Source: a phage
DNA: 64,000 bases
Sequence record: PZ295659.1
Direction: 5' to 3' (one strand)
The position numbers and the translations under genes are program-made. Numbering within the stretch: position 1 is the stretch's first letter; every line of letters begins with the position of its first letter. The notes under the pieces were generated by a model. That model searched no databases. It worked only from the letters and a program-made list of their open reading frames with translations, and was not told the origin of the DNA. Shown piece after piece: positions 1 to 8,570 of this stretch.

Positions 1-780
1 TTCTTTAAATGGTACCACATCTAAATCTATTGAGCCGCCTGTAATAGCGATTGCATTGGGTATGAATAAACTATCAATAGGGCCTTCCATTACCCAGACG
101 TCTCCTTCCTTAACACGTTCAACACCATAAATTTTTGTTGCAGACTCAAACGCTTTAATAGTGATATATTTCTGAGGAGCATCTTTACGAAGTGCACGTC
201 CTTGGAATGACTCGGCCTTCCCATCTTTATTAAAAATAGGAATCACTAAACGTGGTTCTGGAATCTCTTTCTTATACGTACCAGGTTGAATCTTGTTGAC
301 CAATTTGGGCCATTCTAATGTGAACCATAATCTGTTCCATGATTCTTTAGGAATGCATCGAGACTTAACATATTTCACAATAGGATGCTCTTCAGGCAGC
401 TTGTCCAGACGAGAACAAGACGGCAAAGAATTTATAGTCTTTTTCTCCGGTTCTGGTTTATGTTCAGGAACCTTTTCAATCTTTGGTTCCATTCTAGCTT
501 TTTCTTTACGAACTTCCATTAGATATTCGCGGTAAAGCTCTTCATCATACTCTTTTAAGTATCCGGAAATTGTATTGTGGTATTGACAATTATAGCAATG
601 TACATTACCAGGAGTACCGCCATAATACCATCCACGAGCTTTCATTACATCTGTCTGGGAGTCGCCACAAACTGGACAACGAAATGTTAATTTAAATGTG
701 CTTGAATTATTGATTTGTCTAAAACGAGGTAGGTGAGAAAACGCACGATAAGCAAATTCATTATCTATCCATTCAGCCAT
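1..780 (-). CDS. 61: DNA primase gp61, N-terminal ~260 aa (rest of gene lies beyond window start)
   Basis: Minus-strand translation from ATG 780-778 gives MAEWIDNEFAYRAF...RQINNSSTFKLTFRCPVCGDS, matching T4 gp61 zinc-ribbon N-terminus; absent from ORF track because it runs off the edge. Confidence 0.85.
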   Translation of the reverse strand, partial: MAEWIDNEFAYRAFSHLPRFRQINNSSTFKLTFRCPVCGDSQTDVMKARGWYYGGTPGNVHCYNCQYHNTISGYLKEYDEELYREYLMEVRKEKARMEPKIEKVPEHKPEPEKKTINSLPSCSRLDKLPEEHPIVKYVKSRCIPKESWNRLWFTLEWPKLVNKIQPGTYKKEIPEPRLVIPIFNKDGKAESFQGRALRKDAPQKYITIKAFESATKIYGVERVKEGDVWVMEGPIDSLFIPNAIAITGGSIDLDVVPFKE

Positions 781-819
781 AGTATTCTCCAGAGGCCTTA
801 AATTAATAAGGCCATCATA

Positions 820-1314
820 TCACAACTTATTAATATTTACTTTAATTCGCTTTCTTTTCTTGGAAGGAATTTGTTCTGGACCTTTATTTACGACTGCACC
901 TGTAGTTGTTCCTGATGCAATAGCTTGAGGACTACCGCCTGAATCACCAGCAACCATATCCTCAAATAAAGGGAGTTCTTTAAATATTTCTTTCTGTTGT
1001 TCTTCCGTAATGTTATAGCGTGAAGCTACAGCACTCCAGGCAGACATCATTGAGGCCATTCCATTAAGACCTGGAACAGTGCTCATCATTCGCTTCATTG
1101 AACGAACTGAAGCATGAAAAGGTGTATAAGCCGCTTTCTCTTCGGGAGTAGAAGGACGTTTAAGAACACTTCCACGTTCATCGATGATTTTGGCTTCGTA
1201 TGCTTTCCATTCGGTAAAAGGTTTTTGCATTAGTCGAATAAACTTATATGCATAAACAGAATCTATTGCAGTGTTAATAATACCCATAGGTACCTCCTGA
1301 GTATATTTAATCAA
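820..1314 (-). CDS. hypothetical protein (61.x region)
   Basis: 164-aa ORF in track, same strand as flanking genes; start may be an internal Met. Confidence 0.5.
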   Translation of the reverse strand: MIKYTQEVPMGIINTAIDSVYAYKFIRLMQKPFTEWKAYEAKIIDERGSVLKRPSTPEEKAAYTPFHASVRSMKRMMSTVPGLNGMASMMSAWSAVASRYNITEEQQKEIFKELPLFEDMVAGDSGGSPQAIASGTTTGAVVNKGPEQIPSKKRKRIKVNINKL

Positions 1315-1504
1315 TTACAAAGATTGCTTTGTCACCATTTATATCTGTGACTTCATATGTAGTGCCTTCATACTGTGGAATATTCCAAATTACACCATCA
1401 TTAGCTTTTACGCTAATATGGTATTGGTGTTTTGAAACAACTTCATAATCTTCAAAACTTGTAAAAACACTAATTTTAGAACCAGTGCAAATTGCAGTAG
1501 TCAT
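1307..1504 (-). CDS. hypothetical small protein
   Basis: 65-aa ORF packed between neighbours on the minus strand. Confidence 0.45.
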   Translation of the reverse strand: MTTAICTGSKISVFTSFEDYEVVSKHQYHISVKANDGVIWNIPQYEGTTYEVTDINGDKAIFVID

Positions 1505-1505
1505 T

Positions 1506-2165
1506 TTAACCTCGATTCATAAATGCATTAAATATTTGGTCATCAACAGAAATTTCTAATTCGACTTCAATTGTTTCAGCCTTTTCTTCAGGTGGTAATT
1601 CGTATCCACACACTACAATTTTTTCATCGATATCAAAATACACAGAAGCAATACGATTAATGTTATTTTCGGTTAAGTCTAAATCAACATCAACATCTTT
1701 TTGACCTACACTTAAAGGATAACTAATACGGGTTATTTTATTATCTTTAACAAAGAGACCACCAACATACTCTGTACTACGTTTGAAGTTTACACGTTTC
1801 CGAAATGAAAGATATGATGCATCTTTACCGTGAGCTCGGCTCATAGGACATAATGAATAGCTAGAATAAGAGATGTCAAATCCTACACCTTCAATATGAG
1901 CCAACGCGTCATGATTAAACCAATTATAATCATATGCCAAATCCATTATATTGTAATATGTGAAAGGCACCGGATTAACATCATACGTTGTACCTTTAAA
2001 ATCTGCCCAGGCAACGATTTCGTTATCTTTAACAATTACAAAAATTACACCAATATGATATCCGTTATTATTTTCATTCGGCGTTATATTATAACATTGT
2101 GCATTAGGAAATTTACCATATTTAAACGGCGCATTTTTGTGCATATAATAAATCATATTATTCAC
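1506..2165 (-). CDS. hypothetical protein
   Basis: 219-aa ORF, no recognisable motifs. Confidence 0.55.
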   Translation of the reverse strand: MNNMIYYMHKNAPFKYGKFPNAQCYNITPNENNNGYHIGVIFVIVKDNEIVAWADFKGTTYDVNPVPFTYYNIMDLAYDYNWFNHDALAHIEGVGFDISYSSYSLCPMSRAHGKDASYLSFRKRVNFKRSTEYVGGLFVKDNKITRISYPLSVGQKDVDVDLDLTENNINRIASVYFDIDEKIVVCGYELPPEEKAETIEVELEISVDDQIFNAFMNRG

Positions 2166-2451
2166 CTGTGATTTCGGTTACGATATCTTTGTTATCGAAA
2201 TTAGGGTCACAATACAAGACATAATTGTACTGCATGATACCACCGGACTTAAGTTGTTCAACAACTTTATTAACCATATTAGGACGGTCTCGTTTAGTGA
2301 TGTTCATGATATCAGAGAAAATTTGTTGTTCAACATCTTCTTGATTTGCAGTCATTGACCACTCACAGAGGTCTTTATCATAACCTGCCGTAACTGGAGC
2401 CGGTGCACATGATACTGCAAGTAAGATTGCTGCCAATGATAACTTTTTCAT
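2158..2451 (-). CDS. sp: Spackle, periplasmic inhibitor of tail lysozyme (superinfection exclusion)
   Basis: 97 aa, signal peptide MKKLSLAAILLAVSCA, then GYDKDLCEWSMTA...LKSGGIMQYNYVLYCD as in T4 Sp; AAGGAG SD upstream. Confidence 0.85.
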   Translation of the reverse strand: MKKLSLAAILLAVSCAPAPVTAGYDKDLCEWSMTANQEDVEQQIFSDIMNITKRDRPNMVNKVVEQLKSGGIMQYNYVLYCDPNFDNKDIVTEITGE

Positions 2452-2470
2452 TTTAACTCCTTAGTTGATT

Positions 2471-2510
2471 TGATAGGACTACTATACTATAGTCCATCTA
2501 TAATGTAAAC
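2471..2510 (-). promoter_or_regulatory. early promoter with stem-loop (PeSL type) upstream of sp
   Basis: Minus strand GTTTAC -35 (plus gtaaac 2505-2510), ~18-bp spacer, TATAGT -10 inside inverted repeat gataggact/agtcc. Confidence 0.5.
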
Positions 2511-2514
2511 AAGT

Positions 2515-2763
2515 TTATTCTTTTTCGCGAATAATAATTACTTGTTGAGGCTGCTGAGCAGATTTCTTTTCGGCAACGATAGACCAAATTAAAGTTCCAA
2601 TCCAACCAACCATCGTCCAGTTAAAGAGTAAAGATACAAAGAAGATTGCTGTTGTGCTTTTTGTGCCACGAATAAGTGCGATTACCCAAGGCAACATGTA
2701 AATGATGATTGAACCAATACCTGCGATTAAAACCGCTACTGAACTAGCTACGAATAATTCCAT
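2515..2763 (-). CDS. small membrane protein, superinfection-immunity (Imm)-like
   Basis: 82 aa, two hydrophobic helices; LPWVIALIRG...NWTMVGWIGTLIWSI resembles the Imm_superinfect family signature. Confidence 0.55.
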   Translation of the reverse strand: MELFVASSVAVLIAGIGSIIIYMLPWVIALIRGTKSTTAIFFVSLLFNWTMVGWIGTLIWSIVAEKKSAQQPQQVIIIREKE

Positions 2764-2824
2764 GTTAATTTCCTCTTGATTTGTTATGTTTATAATATCT
2801 TATTTTAACTTTGGCGTAAACCAA

Positions 2825-3193
2825 TTAATTAAATTTGTTTAAACGTTCAATACACTGGACGTAGTTATTTGCGATTTGTTTCTGGGTAGGCTCTTTACCA
2901 GTTGTTTCAATATAGCGAATGAATGCGATTTCAGTAGCCTGTAAGCAATGTTCTTTAACGCGCTGTTCTTTTGACATAGCTACGGTATCAGAATCACGAT
3001 AACGTTGAGCATGAGCATCAGCTTGAATCATTCGATTACCTACAGTAACCGGGTCTTCCACTTCAACTTTAGGTTGGTCATACTGTTTAACATTCGGATT
3101 GTAAATCAGTTGGCCAACGTTATTAGGGATAAAGCCGTGGGCACCACATCCGGTTAATCCAAATACCATTGCTAAAGCGATTAATTTTTTCAT
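2825..3193 (-). CDS. putative lipoprotein
   Basis: 122 aa; MKKLIALAMVFGLTGC signal peptide with lipobox LTGC. Confidence 0.55.
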   Translation of the reverse strand: MKKLIALAMVFGLTGCGAHGFIPNNVGQLIYNPNVKQYDQPKVEVEDPVTVGNRMIQADAHAQRYRDSDTVAMSKEQRVKEHCLQATEIAFIRYIETTGKEPTQKQIANNYVQCIERLNKFN

Positions 3194-3210
3194 TTCAATT
3201 TCCTCTGTAG

Positions 3211-3251
3211 TTGATAGAAAGATAGTAACACAGTATGCGATGCTTGTAAAC
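3211..3251 (-). promoter_or_regulatory. early promoter (GTTTAC -35 type) for lipoprotein gene
   Basis: plus gtaaac at 3246-3251, stem-loop-like gatagaaagatagtaacac, GAGGA SD and ATG at 3193. Confidence 0.45.
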
Positions 3252-3253
3252 AG

Positions 3254-3466
3254 CTATTTTAAACTTTTGCGAAATTTGCGTTTTTCTTGACGAATCTGTC
3301 GTTTAGTCGGACGTACAGCAAATTTAACGAAGTCCACTTTACCGTGTGGAAACTTTTCAGATGCTTCACAGTCCATCATTAGTTCCCATCCTTCCAGAAT
3401 AAGAGCTTTCCATTGTGTAGTTGATGCAAATTCGTATGTTGATGGTTTAAACACAGTTGAATACAT
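3254..3466 (-). CDS. hypothetical small basic protein (VRPTKRQ motif family)
   Basis: ORF 3254..3511 in track; start placed at internal ATG 3466 with GAGGA SD; C-terminus FAVRPTKRQIRQEKRKFRKSLK; paralog at 31249..31446. Confidence 0.5.
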   Translation of the reverse strand: MYSTVFKPSTYEFASTTQWKALILEGWELMMDCEASEKFPHGKVDFVKFAVRPTKRQIRQEKRKFRKSLK

Positions 3467-3467
3467 A

Positions 3468-3659
3468 TTATCCTCTGAAATCAGCTTCGAAAACTTTCTC
3501 GTCATTAACAAACGCTTTAACTAATGCGTTGTTCACTTCAGCAAGTTGTACCGCAACCCACTCGATTTCTTCGCTATCACCTGATAACATGATATCTTTA
3601 GTGAACATCTCGCCGCTTTTAAACCAACCGATAAAAGTAACTTTAGTTAATTTGCTCAT
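3468..3659 (-). CDS. dmd: Dmd, antitoxin against host RnlA/LsoA RNases
   Basis: MSKLTKVTFIGWFKSGEMFTKD...YAEVNNALVKAFVNDEKV matches T4 Dmd (gene 61.5); ATG overlaps upstream stop (ATGA). Confidence 0.8.
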   Translation of the reverse strand: MSKLTKVTFIGWFKSGEMFTKDIMLSGDSEEIEWVAVQLAEVNNALVKAFVNDEKVFEADFRG

Positions 3660-3973
3660 ATTTCCTCGCAAAATGCCCATTCAGCGTGATAAACTGTAGC
3701 ACCTTTAGTATTATTCATTTGAACTACGTCTACCGGAGAAATTACTCGATAGAGACGTGGTTCACCTCCATAAGAGCGTGCTGCTCGTCCTGCATAAATC
3801 TTTGCTAAACCGATATCTTCAGTAAAGAATACACGATCCAAGTTTTTCTTACGTCCAGTTTCAGACAGAACTCCTGTTTCTTCAGGAGGACAAAGTATAT
3901 TTTCGATGTTAGCTGAACTACTTGAACCGTGATAAAAAATCTTAAATTCTGCTTTACAATCGATGGTTTTCAT
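3656..3973 (-). CDS. hypothetical protein with HGS...Y...E motif
   Basis: 105-aa ORF between 41 and dmd; FYHGSSSS, YAGRAARSY, YHAEW motifs noted. Confidence 0.5.
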   Translation of the reverse strand: MKTIDCKAEFKIFYHGSSSSANIENILCPPEETGVLSETGRKKNLDRVFFTEDIGLAKIYAGRAARSYGGEPRLYRVISPVDVVQMNNTKGATVYHAEWAFCEEI

Positions 3974-4039
3974 TTTGTTCTCCTCTTGGTTGGTGTAAGT
4001 ACATCATATCATGCCTAGAGGAAGATGTAAACCCCGAAA

Positions 4040-4061
4040 GGAGACCGAAGTCTCCTTTTTA
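4040..4061. terminator. GC hairpin immediately 3' of gene 41 stop (orientation ambiguous)
   Basis: ggagac-cgaa-gtctcc at 4040-4055; T-run follows on plus strand, weaker U-tract on minus strand. Confidence 0.35.
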
Positions 4062-5504
4062 TTAAAATTTTAACTCATTGGCTAAGCTATCTAGGTCAGC
4101 ACGTGTTGTTTTGGCTTTACCTACGCGTTCCGTACGATTCATCTCTGCCTGACGCATCTGAGCACCTGCGTTTTCATTTACTGTGTTAGGTGTGTTCATG
4201 CCTTCTTGCTCAATCTCAACCCATTTCTGGTTGCCTTTACGTACACCCATCAGGAATTTATTCCACTTATTCTTATCACCGTATCGTGATTTGATTTGTT
4301 TGATAAGTTGTTGTTCAGCTTGTGCAAGTTCTTCGGTTTCAATTACGGCCAACATGAAATCTGCCGTTGCTGGTAAACCTGCTGATTCTGCAATATCGCT
4401 CATGTTCATATCCGAAGCATCCCATGCTGCACGTCCTACTTGAGCTGCAGTCCATAGAACTGTTTCAGATTCTACTGCTAATGCACGAAGTTCTTCTGCG
4501 ATAGCTTTAACTAATGTGTAGCTATTTTCAGTGTAAACTCTGATACGACAAGACCCACAAATACCTAAGTAATCAACCATGATTACAGATGGCACAAAGT
4601 TCTTCTTGAGTTTCAATTCATTAAGCAATGCACGGAATGTATTAGCATTAGCTCCACCAGTAGGATACTGTTTAACTACTAAACGTCCTAATGTGGATTT
4701 TGAACGCCATTTTTCCATCTTGGCTTTATATTCAGCATAAGATACGTTACCATCATCGATATCATCAAGTGATACGTCAAGCATGTTTGCATCTATACGC
4801 TTAGCACAAACTTCTTCAGCCATTTCCATGGAAATATAAAGAACATTATGACCTGTTTGAAGATAATCTGCAGCAAGTGAACAAAGGCCTAAAGATTTAC
4901 CAACGTTAACACCGGCCATTAAAACATTCAGTGTACCGGTTTCAGCACCACCTTTAGTGATTTTATTCAGAATGTTTAATTTGAACGGGACCTTACGTGC
5001 TTTGTTCAGATAAGAAAGCCAGCGGGCTTCATAGTCTTCCATCCAGTCGTGTCCAACATAACTATCAAACGAAATTGAAAGTGCTTGACGCATAATATCA
5101 GGAATAGCTCCTACGTCAGGCATTTTCTTGTTACGTTGTTCTGGAGGTAGTTCAGCATTAGACTGAATCTCAATGATTTTGGATGTAGCATTATACATCG
5201 CTTTTTGCTGGACATATTTCTCAGTTTCTTTAACCAACCATTCGTGGTCTTCAGGAGTATCAGCCAATTTTTCAATTAGGTCTGAAGTTCCTTTATATTC
5301 GGCTTCAGTTAAAGAACTGTTATCTAAAGCCACCTTTAATGCGTTGATAGACGGCATTGCATTATATTCGTTAACGTGGCTCTTTATAATTTTAAAGACG
5401 TTTTTTGCCGGTCCACGCTCAAAATACTCAGAATCCATATAAGGCCAAACCTTAGAAAAATAAGCCTGGTCATATACTAGATGAGACAAAATAATTTCTA
5501 CCAC
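4062..5504 (-). CDS. 41: replicative DNA helicase gp41 (DnaB-like)
   Basis: 480 aa, near-colinear with T4 gp41 (MVEIILSHL...Walker A GVNVGKS...). Confidence 0.95.
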   Translation of the reverse strand: MVEIILSHLVYDQAYFSKVWPYMDSEYFERGPAKNVFKIIKSHVNEYNAMPSINALKVALDNSSLTEAEYKGTSDLIEKLADTPEDHEWLVKETEKYVQQKAMYNATSKIIEIQSNAELPPEQRNKKMPDVGAIPDIMRQALSISFDSYVGHDWMEDYEARWLSYLNKARKVPFKLNILNKITKGGAETGTLNVLMAGVNVGKSLGLCSLAADYLQTGHNVLYISMEMAEEVCAKRIDANMLDVSLDDIDDGNVSYAEYKAKMEKWRSKSTLGRLVVKQYPTGGANANTFRALLNELKLKKNFVPSVIMVDYLGICGSCRIRVYTENSYTLVKAIAEELRALAVESETVLWTAAQVGRAAWDASDMNMSDIAESAGLPATADFMLAVIETEELAQAEQQLIKQIKSRYGDKNKWNKFLMGVRKGNQKWVEIEQEGMNTPNTVNENAGAQMRQAEMNRTERVGKAKTTRADLDSLANELKF

Positions 5505-5513
5505 GATAACTCC

Positions 5514-5855
5514 TTAAAAGAATTTAAATTTTTTCTTGGTCCGTTCATTAAAAGCTTGTTGTACTTGCATTGTAACACATTTTTCAACATGTGGTGCAAG
5601 TTCTGCTTTTCTGTCCTGGTCAAGAACTGCAAAGTCCATTACGATTTTACCATCAACCCAGTCTAGTTTTGTAATATAGACTATATGATGAGAACCATCT
5701 TCAAGCGTAATCAGAATCTCTTGAATGACATTTTCCATTGCTGAACGGATAATTTTAAGAGATTCATTAAACACTCGTTCTTTGCGAATGTCTTCCCCTT
5801 CCGAAGAAGGGGATTCATCAACGATTTCTAGATTTAAATCATCGAGATTATTCAT
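5514..5855 (-). CDS. 40: gp40 head vertex assembly chaperone
   Basis: Syntenic small ORF between uvsX and 41; track ORF starts at a TTG, ATG at 5855 preferred. Confidence 0.6.
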   Translation of the reverse strand: MNNLDDLNLEIVDESPSSEGEDIRKERVFNESLKIIRSAMENVIQEILITLEDGSHHIVYITKLDWVDGKIVMDFAVLDQDRKAELAPHVEKCVTMQVQQAFNERTKKKFKFF

Positions 5856-7020
5856 CGAAATCTTCCATTTCGTCAAGGTCGTTTTCTATATCTGCTGCAG
5901 ACGGAGCATCAGAAGTTTTAACCGGAACTTTAGTTGTTGCTTTGCAATTAATAAGGTCGTTAACAGCGTCATCAACTTCTTTAATAGAAGAGATAGCACC
6001 TAGTTTATATTTAGTTTCAATTGCATCTCGGAAAGGTTTGTGTTTAAACAACGGTCCCCAGAATTCTACACAATCAGTAGCTTTAGCACGCCATGATTTT
6101 TCTTCACGAATCATTTCACCTGTTTCTTCGTCAAGGAATTCACGAGCATACCAACCAGCTTTAGGCTTAACTACAAAACCAATTTCAGTTGCCATTTCTA
6201 ACAAGCCACTGAATGGGTCAATACCACCATCAAAATTAACTGTGATCGGAAAAGTAGATTTCTCTTTAACCGTACGAGATTTTTCTGCTTTCAACGTGAA
6301 GTCATAACCGGTCAATTCTGTACCTTCTTTAACCTGACGTTTAGAGATAAAGAATACAGTGTTAGCAGAGTAAAGAATACCTGTACCACCACCCATAATC
6401 TCTTTAGGATACAATCCGCCAATTTCCATTGCGGTATGGTTAATTGCAACACACGGAATATCTTTAATAGTCAGATACGGGGTCACAATGCGGAACAGAG
6501 ATTTAAGTGCCTTAGCACGAGACATATCACCTACAACTTTCTCGTTCAATGCATCTTCGGTTTCTTTCTTAGATGCAGTATTACCGATTGAATCGATAAA
6601 GATAATAACTTTATCACCGCGTTCAATCGCGTCAAGCTGATTAGTCATATCAACTTTAAGTTGTTCGACAGATTGAATCGGAGTATGAACTACACGGTCT
6701 AAATCAACACCCATTGAACGAAAATAAGATTCTGAAGCACCAAATTCTGAATCATAGAACAAACAAATTGCATCTTTATATTTCTTCATATATGCTGCAA
6801 CCATGGTCAGACCAAACAACGTTTTAAAGTGTTTAGAAGGAGCAGCAAAAATAGTTAAGCCTGATTGCAACCCGGCATTCAGTGCACCACCTAATGCAAT
6901 ATTCAACATCGGAATACGAGTAGGGACTTCATCACGATTATTAAACAGCTTAGACTTAGTCAAGTCTGCAGTCATTTTAGAAGTAGAAGCTTTAATCAGA
7001 CGAGATTTTAAATCAGACAT
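5848..7020 (-). CDS. uvsX: UvsX RecA-like recombinase
   Basis: 390 aa, MSDLKSRLIKASTSK... RecA fold motifs, colinear with T4 UvsX. Confidence 0.95.
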   Translation of the reverse strand: MSDLKSRLIKASTSKMTADLTKSKLFNNRDEVPTRIPMLNIALGGALNAGLQSGLTIFAAPSKHFKTLFGLTMVAAYMKKYKDAICLFYDSEFGASESYFRSMGVDLDRVVHTPIQSVEQLKVDMTNQLDAIERGDKVIIFIDSIGNTASKKETEDALNEKVVGDMSRAKALKSLFRIVTPYLTIKDIPCVAINHTAMEIGGLYPKEIMGGGTGILYSANTVFFISKRQVKEGTELTGYDFTLKAEKSRTVKEKSTFPITVNFDGGIDPFSGLLEMATEIGFVVKPKAGWYAREFLDEETGEMIREEKSWRAKATDCVEFWGPLFKHKPFRDAIETKYKLGAISSIKEVDDAVNDLINCKATTKVPVKTSDAPSAADIENDLDEMEDFDE

Positions 7021-7120
7021 TGTATTTTTTCCATAGGCATCATTATATTTTACTCATGTTTAAAAGATAAGACGATTATATACTAAGGGTTATACAGCAT
7101 TTAAAACTTTAAACAGGCTC

Positions 7121-7669
7121 TTAACGAGCCCATTTGATAATTTCTGTAATCAAATTATTACGTTCGCTTGCATTAAATCCTATAACTTTGTTAGCACCAT
7201 CATGATTAAGTAATTGATACGTTTGGATTTCGTTATGAATTGCAAACTCTTCAAAATATGAAATGACTGTATTAAAACCGAACGAAGACAAAGTAATAAG
7301 GTCGTCTTCAAAACTTTCAGTCATTTCGTTACGTGTTAAAATAATTGTGAACACATCATGGTTTTGGCAAAGACGAACATAATCCTGTTCATAAACGTCA
7401 AGAACCGAGTCCGCATCTTGTCGAATACGTCCATAAACCCAGTTACTAATATATCCACGGTCTAACAGATAAATCTTAGTAGGGTCTAAATAATTCAACA
7501 TCGTTTCGAAACAGCCAACTTCATTTCGAGACTTAACATCGAAACGTCCATCAACTGTTCGTTTAGGGAAATCAATCTTTACATATCTTTCGCTAATTTC
7601 CATTATGTCATTAATGAAAGTTGTTTTACCAGCATTATCCGGGCCATCTACTAAAATAATTTTAGCCAT
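7121..7669 (-). CDS. P-loop nucleoside-monophosphate-kinase-like protein (Tmk-like)
   Basis: 182 aa; Walker A ILVDGPDNAGKTT and LLDRGYIS (DRY-like) motif of thymidylate-kinase-type kinases. Confidence 0.6.
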   Translation of the reverse strand: MAKIILVDGPDNAGKTTFINDIMEISERYVKIDFPKRTVDGRFDVKSRNEVGCFETMLNYLDPTKIYLLDRGYISNWVYGRIRQDADSVLDVYEQDYVRLCQNHDVFTIILTRNEMTESFEDDLITLSSFGFNTVISYFEEFAIHNEIQTYQLLNHDGANKVIGFNASERNNLITEIIKWAR

Positions 7670-7670
7670 T

Positions 7671-8570
7671 TTATTCCTCGATTACGACATCTTCATATTT
7701 AGGTATATTATACGGCGAAGAAATTAAAGCATTAAAGTAGATGAACTCACCAAGACCTGGATGGAATACTTCTTCAGGATTTTCGAAATATTGAATCTTC
7801 GGTCGTCCTTTAAGAATTTGATAGTACTCAGTTTTAGTTGGGTTAAAAATTCGAATCAGCGCTTCTTCAGGATACTTATTTCTGTCGAAGCTATTATTTG
7901 GATCGGTTATATAAAGCGGTTGGCCTAATTGAATTGCACATTCAACCACTTGTTCAAAACGATAACACGGGTCACTAATTCGAAATGGATGAAAAATACC
8001 ATCTAGATGAATAGGAGCCAAATCACCTACAAGACGCTGCATGATGGAAGGACGTATAACTTTCTGCGTTACGATAATCTTATTACCATCTGCACCTGCG
8101 TTAACCAGCACTTCTTTTTGACGTTCATTCAACACAGTAGTTTGAAGTGAACGATTAACCGACAACATGTCGGTTTTTAAGAATTCGTCAATATAAAAAC
8201 GTGGTTTATTAGGGTCCGCAGTGATATTGAAATTGAATTCCACATCAAAAGCGCCGTCATATCCAGTGATATCTGTGATTAGAAAATCACAATCATAATA
8301 AGCAATTAATGAATCAACCACAAATTCATTTTCAGACCAGAAATATTTACGAGTGTTATATGCGTTATCTTTATACCATAATGGAACAAACTTAAATTCT
8401 GGGAAAAGACGTTCACATTCTTTAATATCAGATGCATTACGTGGATATGTAATCACATCACCCGGATTAGCACGGTGCAAATGAAGTTGGAAGTTGCCAT
8501 CCTTAAGGATAGCATACTGTCCAGTTTCATAAGACCGCATACTCAAGATAGGTACGCGGAAAATAGCCAT
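7671..8570 (-). CDS. hypothetical protein; candidate DNA glycosyl(arabinosyl)transferase
   Basis: 299-aa ORF at the position T4 uses for beta-gt, no clear T4 bgt similarity; HPGLGEF region faintly GT-B-like. Confidence 0.5.
   Translation of the reverse strand: MAIFRVPILSMRSYETGQYAILKDGNFQLHLHRANPGDVITYPRNASDIKECERLFPEFKFVPLWYKDNAYNTRKYFWSENEFVVDSLIAYYDCDFLITDITGYDGAFDVEFNFNITADPNKPRFYIDEFLKTDMLSVNRSLQTTVLNERQKEVLVNAGADGNKIIVTQKVIRPSIMQRLVGDLAPIHLDGIFHPFRISDPCYRFEQVVECAIQLGQPLYITDPNNSFDRNKYPEEALIRIFNPTKTEYYQILKGRPKIQYFENPEEVFHPGLGEFIYFNALISSPYNIPKYEDVVIEE

Noticed and set aside
293-535. Plus-strand ORF (80 aa) from the six-frame track
   Set aside because: Lies entirely antisense to the primase gene 61 coding region, whose minus-strand translation matches T4 gp61
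4040-4061. Plus-strand intrinsic terminator
   Set aside because: Hairpin plus T-run reads best on the plus strand, but no plus-strand gene is upstream; more likely a 3' stabilising hairpin or antisense terminator for the minus-strand operon, so orientation left undetermined
4183-6307. Several plus-strand ORFs (4183-4443, 5173-5442, 5481-5666, 5725-6003, 5942-6307)
   Set aside because: All are antisense shadows inside well-supported minus-strand genes 41, 40 and uvsX
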